Positions 19,513 to 28,238 of a DNA stretch of 64,000 bases are shown piece by piece. The stretch is from Gammaproteobacteria bacterium. GTDB lineage: Bacteria; Pseudomonadota; Gammaproteobacteria; Eutrophobiales; Eutrophobiaceae. The translations under genes and the position numbers were made by a program. Below the pieces are notes generated by a model. It was not told the origin of the DNA and ran no database searches. It was given only the letters and a program-made list of their open reading frames with translations. The first letter of the stretch is position 1, and every line of letters starts with the position of its first letter. The stretch covers positions 1,056,001 to 1,120,000 of the forward strand of contig CBDCDS010000003.1 of the NCBI GenBank assembly GCA_965215365.1. Direction: 5' to 3'.

Positions 19513-21140
19513 AATTTTTAGACGAGCATCATCTGGCAATTACCCTGCTGACACCGGTGCATATCGGTTGTGGTGAAGACTACACGCCGACTGATTACGT
19601 GATTGATGACGATGCCCTGTTTGCCTTTGACAGTGCTGGAATCATCAATGCGTTTTCGGAAACGGCCAGAATACAATTATCAAGGCTGGTCAGCGGCGCT
19701 GTAAAACCGGATGCTCTGATAAATATTCAAAAATTATTCTATGAGCAGCGCGAAGCTCTGATTGCAAAGGCCAGTCACTATCTTCCCGTTGCTGACGGAA
19801 TAATCGAGCTTTATCGAAAAAGCATAGGCAAGGCAGCCCAGCTGGAAAGTAAGGGAAAAAGAGTGGCAAATCGCTTGGAGATGGAACGCACGTTTTACAA
19901 TCCTGTCGACCAGAAACCTGTTATTCCGGGCAGCAGTTTGAAAGGAGCCATCCGGACGGCCTTGCTTAATTCGATAAACCAAGGCAACCCGCTCCGGCTC
20001 AATGAGAAAAACAGAAAATTACAAGGGCGATTGTTTCAATACGACAAGTTTGAAAATGACCCAATGCGGCTGGTGCATTTGGCTGACACGACGCATGACA
20101 GTGATGACATTGTTCATACTGAAATCCGATTTGCAACCAACCACCCCCGGCAGGAACCGAAACGGCCAAGGGGAAAGCAAACGCAGGCGGAAGCTAAAGG
20201 TCCGTATCAACTGTTGGAAATCTTGTCCGGGTTTGGTCCACGCCAATATCGTAGTCGATTAACTGTTCATAGTGTTGAACAAATACGACAAAACCACAGT
20301 TTGCCAAAAGTTGAACTTCGTTGGACAATCAAACAAATTGTGCAGGCCTGCAATGATTTTTATCTCCCGTTGCTGGAACAGGAATTGAAAATTATCAAAG
20401 AGAGGCGATATGCATCTCCCGATTGGGAACAGCAAATGGATGACCTCCTACCCAAAATCCGGCCCGTGCTCAAATCCAATCAGGCCATGGTATTACGCAT
20501 AGGACGCCATAGTGGCGCCGAAGCAGTAACTCTGAATGGTGTGCGGAGCATAAAAATCATGCAGGGAAGAGAGAAACCGAAGTTCAAAGACAAACCACAA
20601 ACCTTATGGTTGGCGGCCAATGCCCAAGACGCCCGTGCACAGATGCTTCCGTTCGGTTGGATTCTGGTTGAAATAAACCCTGCGGAAACGGTGCCGGCAG
20701 CATTGAGGAATTTTGCCGGTAAAACCAGTGACTCCAAGCAGAACTGGTTAAAAAAACAACAATGTCGAATTGCAGATTTACAGGACAAAATTACCCGTAA
20801 AGAGCAACAGGCTCAAGCCGAACAGCAAGCGGAGATTGATCGGCAAAGAGTGGATGCGGAAAAACAAGCGCGTTTGGCCTCCATGAGTAATGAAAAACGG
20901 GCTATCGAGGAGTTACGGGAGCAGTTCACGAAAGCCCAGGCATCCCAGACCTTGACTGCTCAAAGCGTAGTGCCCGATGAGTTAGCCAAGCTGCTCAAAC
21001 AGGCAAGTCAGTGGCCTGAGCGAGAGCGGACAGCCCTGTGCGATTTGGCAGAAGAAATCTACAAACCTCTGGGCATGTTGCGGGGGAAGAAAGGTAAAAA
21101 CCGCAAGACGATAATCCAACAATTAAAAGGACTGAGCTGA
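19509..21140 (+). CDS. csm5: Csm5 RAMP subunit with long helical C-terminal extension
   Basis: GTG at 19509 overlaps the csm4 stop; TPVHIGCGE, IPGSSLKGAIRTA, LRIGRHSG and PFGW. Confidence 0.9.
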   Translation: MKFLDEHHLAITLLTPVHIGCGEDYTPTDYVIDDDALFAFDSAGIINAFSETARIQLSRLVSGAVKPDALINIQKLFYEQREALIAKASHYLPVADGIIELYRKSIGKAAQLESKGKRVANRLEMERTFYNPVDQKPVIPGSSLKGAIRTALLNSINQGNPLRLNEKNRKLQGRLFQYDKFENDPMRLVHLADTTHDSDDIVHTEIRFATNHPRQEPKRPRGKQTQAEAKGPYQLLEILSGFGPRQYRSRLTVHSVEQIRQNHSLPKVELRWTIKQIVQACNDFYLPLLEQELKIIKERRYASPDWEQQMDDLLPKIRPVLKSNQAMVLRIGRHSGAEAVTLNGVRSIKIMQGREKPKFKDKPQTLWLAANAQDARAQMLPFGWILVEINPAETVPAALRNFAGKTSDSKQNWLKKQQCRIADLQDKITRKEQQAQAEQQAEIDRQRVDAEKQARLASMSNEKRAIEELREQFTKAQASQTLTAQSVVPDELAKLLKQASQWPERERTALCDLAEEIYKPLGMLRGKKGKNRKTIIQQLKGLS

Positions 21141-21424
21141 TGCACCCGTTAATCGAGAAGCATCGCGCTGATATACTCGCTTTGGCTGAGCAGTACGGGA
21201 TTGAAAACGTGCGCGTGTTCGGTTCTATGGCAAGAGGCGATGCCGGGGATACCAGCGATGTGGACCTGTTGGTTTTTCTTCCAAAGGGCCAGAGCGCATT
21301 GGCTCTGGGGGGGCTGCTCATGGATGTTCAGGATTTGTTAAAGCGACATGTAGATGTAGTATCAGAACGAGGTCTGCACCCGATGCTGCGAGAGAACATA
21401 CTCAAGGAGGCAGTACCTCTGTGA
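21140..21424 (+). CDS. Minimal nucleotidyltransferase (MNT/MntA-like antitoxin)
   Basis: VFGSMARGDAGDTSDVDLLV fits GSX10DXD. Confidence 0.9.
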   Translation: MHPLIEKHRADILALAEQYGIENVRVFGSMARGDAGDTSDVDLLVFLPKGQSALALGGLLMDVQDLLKRHVDVVSERGLHPMLRENILKEAVPL

Positions 21425-21783
21425 CCCCTACTTCGGAGTCTGATCGATTGATGCTGATGCACATACTTGATTGCATACAGCAGATCTGGGAATATACTGA
21501 AAACAGCCGGGAGGCGTTTTTTGGCTCACAAATGGTGCAGGATGCAACTGTACGTAATCTGCAAGTGCTAGCTGAATCCACCCAGAGACTCAGTGAAGCC
21601 ATCAAGGCTACCCAACAGGATATTCCCTGGCGCAAAATTGCCGGTTTCCGCAATGTTCTTGTCCATAGTTACCTGAGCCTCGACCTTGAGGCAGTATGGT
21701 CTGTAGTTGAGCATAATCTGAAAGATTTGTCTGAGGCAGCGGAAGCAATGTTGCTTATGGCGGACAAGGACACCAAGCCTTGA
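21421..21783 (+). CDS. HEPN/DUF86 (HepT-like) RNase toxin
   Basis: IPWRKIAGFRNVLVHSY fits RX4HXY. Confidence 0.9.
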   Translation: MTPTSESDRLMLMHILDCIQQIWEYTENSREAFFGSQMVQDATVRNLQVLAESTQRLSEAIKATQQDIPWRKIAGFRNVLVHSYLSLDLEAVWSVVEHNLKDLSEAAEAMLLMADKDTKP

Positions 21784-21947
21784 CGATGAAACTAGTTAAA
21801 GCAGGGCCCGCCTTAGTGGTGCGACGCTCAGCCTATCTTCAAGACGCCATAGATCAGCGTACCTACAAAAAAACAAATGACAGCAGCCAGCGCAATGAAC
21901 TCGATCATATTTTTCCGACCTCTTTGTAATTGAAACACTGTGTTTCC

Positions 21948-23266
21948 ATGAACAAGAAAATCCTTGTCCAGACCGTCGGCGGTTCCCATGAACCGATTCT
22001 TACGTCTATAAAAGAGAACAAGCCTGATTTTATCTGTTTTTTCTGCTCTGGCAAAGACTTGGCGACAGGCAAGCCGGGCTCCGAGAAACAGATTACCGGG
22101 AGGGCAGTGTTATCAAAAAGAGCCCCGGGGATGACAGCCCCAGCCTCCCCAATATTCCTACGTTGGCAGGCCTTGAGAAGGACCAATACGAGGTAGTCAT
22201 CATTCCTGCCGATGAGCCGGATGCAGCATTCAAAAAAATATCCGAGCGTTTGCACAAATTGATATCGCAACATCCGGGGGCTGCTTTTATTGCCGATTAC
22301 ACCGGCGGCACTAAATCGATGACCGCTGCTCTGGTACTGGCAGCAGTGGAACACAGAGAGGTTACCCTGCAACTGGTTACTGGCAATCGAGTCAACTTGC
22401 ATGGTGTGGAATCCGGCATGGGGACAACCGGATTAATACCTATGGAAACCGTTCGTGTGCAGCGGGCCCTTACTCAATTCACCGAGTTCTGGCGCTATTT
22501 TTCCTATGGTGAAGCAGCACGAGGCCTAGTCAACATTAAACCTGCCAAGCCCGGGTTGAAACGCAAGCTAAGAGTATTACTGGATTTAAGCAAGGCCTTT
22601 GGCGCTTGGGACCGGTTTGACCATCAGCAGGCACATAACATCATCGGCAATTATGGCAAGCTGATCGCACCGGCCCATCAGCATCTTCTGAACTCATTAA
22701 CAAATCTTACAACGAAATCAGACCGGCAAACCCTCGGCCTGTTGTGGGACTTGTGGTTCAACGCTTTGCGCCGCGCTGAGCAGGGACGTTATGATGATGC
22801 GGTTGCTCGCTTGTATCGCCTGTTGGAGTGGACTGCACAGTGGATTTTGCAGGTCAATTGCGGTGTCGACAAGACTGGTGATATTCCAGCAGACAAAATA
22901 CCCTCCAGCATGTCCTTACAAGCAAACCCGAAAGGCCAATACCAGGCTGGCCTGCTCAAGGCATGGGAACTGGTCGGCCATCATCACCCGGACAAGAATA
23001 GTGCGGCTTTCCAATTCAGTAAGTGTAAGTTGAAGGCGATGCAGACACAGCTTGAGAAGCGGAACTACTCCATACTGGCTCACGGCTTCAGTCCCATCAG
23101 CGAGGAAGACTGGCGTGCCTTCAGAAACTGGATGAAAGAAAATTTTCTACCCATGCTGAAAATGGAAACGCAGGGAGCCGGGCTAAAAACAATCCCGCAG
23201 CAACTGCCGCAGCGCACTTGGCCAGAGATAGAGCAAATGGATAACATTGCCGACAGTTTCAACTGA
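21948..23266 (+). pseudogene. CARF-HEPN effector (TIGR02710/Csm6-like) split by a single-base frameshift near 22100
   Basis: N-terminal ILVQTVGGSHEPI. Adding one G at 22098-22100 joins QITG to EGSVIKKSPGDDSPSLPNIPTLAGLEKD. Then DYTGGTKSM, YDDAVARLYRLLE and HEPN-type RNYSILAHG. Could be a sequencing error. Confidence 0.75.
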
Positions 23267-23338
23267 GTTACGGAGTCCGGGAAATGCTCCCATAACGGCG
23301 TGGATTGGAACAAGTGTGGCAACTTGATCTTTACTCAC

Positions 23339-23350
23339 GGCAAGCTTGCC
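23339..23350. promoter_or_regulatory. Palindromic GGCAAGCTTGCC motif upstream of cas2
   Basis: Preceded by TTTACTCA, as in the copy upstream of cas6. Confidence 0.55.
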
Positions 23351-23377
23351 GTCCCACCTGAGCGCCGGTTTTTGTGA

Positions 23378-23671
23378 TTGACTCCCAATGTGAAACGCCG
23401 ACTCTACCTTGCAGCCTACGACATCAGCAGCGCCAGTCGACTGCGGGCCGCACTGTATTTTCTGAAAGGGTTCGCCAGCGGTCGCCAGAAGTCTGTGTTT
23501 GAGTGCTTCCTGACAATGCCGGAACGCAAGGAGTTGGTAACAGGCATCAGTAACATCATTGAGCCGGACGAGGATCGTTTTTTATTGTTACCGCTGGCTT
23601 ATGGTGCCGGCATCGAAACTTTAGGCAGGGGTGTGGCACCGTCAGATGAATCCTATTACTACATAGGGTGA
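23378..23671 (+). CDS. cas2: Cas2 (copy 1)
   Basis: YLAAYDIS, QKSVFEC and EDR. Confidence 0.9.
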   Translation: MTPNVKRRLYLAAYDISSASRLRAALYFLKGFASGRQKSVFECFLTMPERKELVTGISNIIEPDEDRFLLLPLAYGAGIETLGRGVAPSDESYYYIG

Positions 23672-24642
23672 ACAGTATGCTGACCCTGTTCATTGACCGT
23701 AAAAACCTGAAACTGGAACTCGATAATAAATGCCTTTTGGTGCGCCCACCCGGCGCTGTGGTTCAAAGCCTGCCCTTGAATATACTGGACCGTGTTGTCA
23801 TCCGCAGTCAGGTTGCCTTGGATAGTCGCCTGTTGGGAGCCTTGGGGCAGCACAACATTGGTCTGAGTATCATGTACGGCCGCAACGGTCGCCAACATTT
23901 GCAATTATTCAGTCCGGGACACAATGATGCGCGGCGTCGACTTGCCCAGTATGCGCTTTGGAACGATACGCAACGCCGCCTCGACTGGAGTCGCCACCTG
24001 GTGGATGCGAAAGTCTGCGCCCAACGAAGGCTTCTGGAGTACGCGCGTGCACGCCGCCCGGACTTGCGTCATCGACTCACCACCGCTCTGAAAAGTCTGA
24101 ACAATATTATGCCTTCTATTGACAAGGCCACCGACATTGAGGTTTTGCGCGGCCTGGAAGGTTCATCGGCAGCCGTTTACTTCACTGGTTTTCAAAACCT
24201 TTTTGCCGACGGCCTGACATTCACCGGGCGTAACCGACGCCCGCCACGAGATCCGGTTAATGCCTGCCTGTCCTTGGTATATACCATGATCCACAATGAA
24301 GCTGTGCGCGCCTGTCATGGCGCAGGACTGGACCCCTTGCTGGGTTTTTACCATGAACCGGCTTACGGTCGTGAATCCCTGGCCTGTGACATTATTGAAC
24401 CCCTGCGCCCACGGGTTGATCATTGGGTCTGGCAATTGTTTCGCAAGCGTTTGTTAAGAGAAGATAATTTCAGCCGTGAGGGTGGGAGTTGCCTGCTTAA
24501 CAAAAGCGGGCGCAGGATCTTTTTTGAGGGATATGAAACCGAAGCCACACCGTGGCGCCGTTACTTTCGTTTGCAAAGCTATCGCATGGCACGCGCCCTG
24601 TTACAACTTGCTCCGGACTTGCCTGAACTGGAGAGCTCGTGA
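23668..24642 (+). CDS. cas1: Cas1 integrase (catalytic motifs intact)
   Basis: LRGLEG, FTGRNRRPPRDPVNACLS, GFYH and LACDIIEPLRP. Confidence 0.95.
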   Translation: MNSMLTLFIDRKNLKLELDNKCLLVRPPGAVVQSLPLNILDRVVIRSQVALDSRLLGALGQHNIGLSIMYGRNGRQHLQLFSPGHNDARRRLAQYALWNDTQRRLDWSRHLVDAKVCAQRRLLEYARARRPDLRHRLTTALKSLNNIMPSIDKATDIEVLRGLEGSSAAVYFTGFQNLFADGLTFTGRNRRPPRDPVNACLSLVYTMIHNEAVRACHGAGLDPLLGFYHEPAYGRESLACDIIEPLRPRVDHWVWQLFRKRLLREDNFSREGGSCLLNKSGRRIFFEGYETEATPWRRYFRLQSYRMARALLQLAPDLPELESS

Positions 24643-25403
24643 AACCTTGTTACATTCACGGCAAACAGGGTATGCAGATCAGGTTGGATGGTCCGGCACT
24701 GAGCGTCGACGTGCCTGGACAGTCTGCCGTGTTGACGCCGCTCTCCCGGATTTCCCGCATCGTTGTTTCCGGTTCGCCTGACTGTTCGGTGGCGGCTTTG
24801 CTTGCCTGTGCCGAACAAGGGATCACTATCACGTTCCTGCAACATGACGGCGCAGTCAGGGCGCAGTTATTTGGCAACAGCAAGACCCGAGGGGATTTAT
24901 TCACCCACTTGCGCGACCTGCTGGACCGTCCTGACTGGCCGGAGCACTACCAGCTCTGGCTGGAGTCTTCGGCTAGTCGTGCACGATGTGCGCTGTGCCG
25001 TAAATTGGGCTTGCAGCCAGACAGGTCGTCTGGCAGGCGACTGTCTTCGATTCTGAGCAGGCAGATGGATTATCTGATTGACCCGGGTAAACGGGGCTAC
25101 CTGCAACGCCGTCTGCGCGGCTTGTGTGTCGCCTTGGTCAATGAGGTATTACAGCAGGCAGGTCTTGACGCAACACGCTGCCGTTACTTGGAGCAACATC
25201 TTGACATACCGGGTGATTTCGCAAACCTGCTGGCTTTATCCCTGCAGTTGCCACTGATTGACTGGTTGAAGCGGCAATCACGAAATGAACGTATTGACGA
25301 CCGTGATGTGGTTGCGCTATTTGAGCGAAACAGTAAGAGGCTGGAAAATATTGCCCGGCGCTTGACCAGCCGCTTACATGGATTTTTGATTGACCTTACA
25401 TGA
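24639..25403 (+). CDS. Divergent Cas1-like protein (N-terminal domain only recognisable, no catalytic motifs)
   Basis: IRLDGPALSV..PLSRISRIVVSG...AALLACAEQGITITFL parallels the Cas1 N-terminal domain. The C-terminal half lacks the EG, RRPP, H and DxxE motifs. Confidence 0.7.
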   Translation: MKPCYIHGKQGMQIRLDGPALSVDVPGQSAVLTPLSRISRIVVSGSPDCSVAALLACAEQGITITFLQHDGAVRAQLFGNSKTRGDLFTHLRDLLDRPDWPEHYQLWLESSASRARCALCRKLGLQPDRSSGRRLSSILSRQMDYLIDPGKRGYLQRRLRGLCVALVNEVLQQAGLDATRCRYLEQHLDIPGDFANLLALSLQLPLIDWLKRQSRNERIDDRDVVALFERNSKRLENIARRLTSRLHGFLIDLT

Positions 25404-25717
25404 AGCAAAGACTCTATCTCATCGCTTATGATATTTCAGACCCTGGACGCCTTGGGCGCGTGGCCAGATACTTGAGCAAACACGCCTGCCGGGTGCAGTA
25501 TTCAGTGTTTGCCGCGCAGCTGAGCAAATCCCGCTTAAAGGGTTTGCTTTCTGAGCTTGAGGAGATAATAAACCCGGATCAGGATGACATCCGCGCCTAT
25601 CCATTGCCCGCCCGCGGTGAGGTAACGTTGTTGGGTCAACAATTCTTTGCAACCAGCGCGTTACTGGTGCAAAATGGCCCCTGTAGATTGGAACTTCTTG
25701 AAGACCCTGTCGCCTGA
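25400..25717 (+). CDS. cas2: Cas2 (copy 2)
   Basis: YLIAYDISDPGRL, RVQYSVF and DDIRAY. Confidence 0.92.
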   Translation: MKQRLYLIAYDISDPGRLGRVARYLSKHACRVQYSVFAAQLSKSRLKGLLSELEEIINPDQDDIRAYPLPARGEVTLLGQQFFATSALLVQNGPCRLELLEDPVA

Positions 25718-25904
25718 AATAGTCTCTGACTTTTGCGTGATAGGTGAACGTGAGGATTTTGTTGCTCTTTCAAAATCTGGCATTGGATTGAATCAATCTG
25801 TGAAAAATGGTAGCTTGGCTGTGCGGCTGCTCTCGCAGCAGGCTGTTTTTTCTGCAATCACCCTTGTAAGTGATTGTTTGAAAAAGTTCTTCTTGGCGCG
25901 GGGG
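25718..25904 (+). promoter_or_regulatory. CRISPR leader
   Basis: AT-rich non-coding stretch between cas2 and the first repeat; the degenerate repeat lies at the far end of the array. Confidence 0.75.
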
Positions 25905-28238
25905 GTTTGAACCGCAGACCTGATTAAGAAGGGATTAAGACCCGGTGGAGCACGAAAAACAAAACTCGCCCATCATGGTTTGAACCGCAGACCTGATTAA
26001 GAAGGGATTAAGACAAAGGTTGGCGTCGATGAGGTCGGCGTGGCTCAAGTGTTTGAACCGCAGACCTGATTAAGAAGGGATTAAGACCCCAGATTGGCGC
26101 CTTCTAGGTTGGCGGCGCTCAGGTCGTTTGAACCGCAGACCTGATTAAGAAGGGATTAAGACCAGCGCATGATCGACTATTTCGATCATGCGCTGTTCGT
26201 TTGAACCGCAGACCTGATTAAGAAGGGATTAAGACATTGTGCGCTGGGGGTATGATATAATTGCGATGTTTGAACCGCAGACCTGATTAAGAAGGGATTA
26301 AGACCAAGTTGGCGCCGGTGAGGTCGGCGTCTTCCAAGTTGTTTGAACCGCAGACCTGATTAAGAAGGGATTAAGACGGTGAGGTTGGCGCGTTTCAGGT
26401 TGGCGCCATCTAGGTTTGAACCGCAGACCTGATTAAGAAGGGATTAAGACTCACATAACCTGTGGTGATCAGGTTATGTTCTTCTGTTTGAACCGCAGAC
26501 CTGATTAAGAAGGGATTAAGACTTTCAATCATGCGCTGCTCTTCGGAAAGCCTAGCTGTTTGAACCGCAGACCTGATTAAGAAGGGATTAAGACCGCTAA
26601 TTTGTGGTTTAAGAAAAAAGTCATGGTGACGTTTGAACCGCAGACCTGATTAAGAAGGGATTAAGACCATACAGCTTGTCTCCCTTTTTGACGTATTGGT
26701 TGTTTGAACCGCAGACCTGATTAAGAAGGGATTAAGACCAGCAGCGCTTGATCGACTATTTCAATCATGCGCTGCGTTTGAACCGCAGACCTGATTAAGA
26801 AGGGATTAAGACCCTTCTTTAACTCGGCTTGCCATTCCCGCCGAGGTTTGAACCGCAGACCTGATTAAGAAGGGATTAAGACTTCCTTGAACAAAACATT
26901 CCCCCACATCAGGCTGTTTGAACCGCAGACCTGATTAAGAAGGGATTAAGACGGCGCCTGTCAGGTTGGCGCCTTCCAACTTGGTTTGAACCGCAGACCT
27001 GATTAAGAAGGGATTAAGACTGATGGGCTTCCCGAATTTATCGCTCAAGTAGTCTAAAGTTTGAACCGCAGACCTGATTAAGAAGGGATTAAGACTCTTG
27101 GCGCCGGCGAGTTTGGCGTCTTCCAACTTGGTTTGAACCGCAGACCTGATTAAGAAGGGATTAAGACAATAGGGCGGAATTTAAGGCCGCCGGATTTTTG
27201 GGTTTGAACCGCAGACCTGATTAAGAAGGGATTAAGACTTGGCGCAGTAGAGGTTGGTGCCTTCCATCTTGTTTGAACCGCAGACCTGATTAAGAAGGGA
27301 TTAAGACGCTTCTTTACGATCTTCTTTGCTTCTTTTTTGCTGTGTTTGAACCGCAGACCTGATTAAGAAGGGATTAAGACGCGCCGAATGCAATGGAGAT
27401 TCTCGCGAATCACGATCAGTTTGAACCGCAGACCTGATTAAGAAGGGATTAAGACGCTCCTCGTAGTCCATCCTGTCGTCGATTTTGGTCGTTTGAACCG
27501 CAGACCTGATTAAGAAGGGATTAAGACGTACGCTGTTGGCTCCCTACTTCTGCCTGTGACGCCGTTTGAACCGCAGACCTGATTAAGAAGGGATTAAGAC
27601 AAAAAAGCGCCAAGCGCAAATCTACCGAAACTGAAGAGTTTGAACCGCAGACCTGATTAAGAAGGGATTAAGACGCACAGCGCTGCCGATCCACCGATTG
27701 ATATGGTGGTGTTTGAACCGCAGACCTGATTAAGAAGGGATTAAGACTCATCATCATGTATAGGCCTTTTTTGTGTAATTATTGTTTGAACCGCAGACCT
27801 GATTAAGAAGGGATTAAGACGCCTCTGATTGTTGCGCCTCAACCTGATCATTGGTTTGAACCGCAGACCTGATTAAGAAGGGATTAAGACGACAGAATGT
27901 TACGTTTTCTAGTCGGGCAGCAACGTTTGAACCGCAGACCTGATTAAGAAGGGATTAAGACGAGGTCGGCGCCGTTCAGGTTGGCGCCAGTGAGGGTTGT
28001 TTGAACCGCAGACCTGATTAAGAAGGGATTAAGACTTGGTGATCCCGTTGATGTTGTTGCCGGACAAGGTTTGAACCGCAGACCTGATTAAGAAGGGATT
28101 AAGACATTAATGGGAAAAGTCAAGTGATTTTTCACCGCCGAAGTTTGAACCGCAGACCTGATTAAGAAGGGATTAAGACGGCATCTCCTCTAGTAGGTTT
28201 TAAGTTAAATGGAAGGTTGAACCGCAGACCTGATTAAG
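25905..28238 (+). CRISPR. CRISPR array: 32 complete 37-bp repeats plus a truncated terminal repeat; 32 spacers of 31-38 nt
   Basis: Repeat GTTTGAACCGCAGACCTGATTAAGAAGGGATTAAGAC, whose 3' ATTAAGAC fits a type III 8-nt tag. The last repeat at 28215 is GGTTGAACCGCAGACCTGATTAAG, cut off there. Confidence 0.98.

Noticed and set aside
12295-25717. Reverse transcriptase or Cas4 in the locus
   Set aside because: No YxDD RT motif or Cas4-like ORF found among the genes.
26935-27126. 63-aa ORF in the array with pentapeptide-like text
   Set aside because: Read-through of repeats and spacers on the minus strand, not a gene.
25942-28214. Self-targeting within this window, and the idea that the first G of each repeat derives from the protospacer
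   Set aside because: No pentapeptide gene or spacer match was noticed in the window. The sp9 overlap shows T, not G, after the end of sp12.
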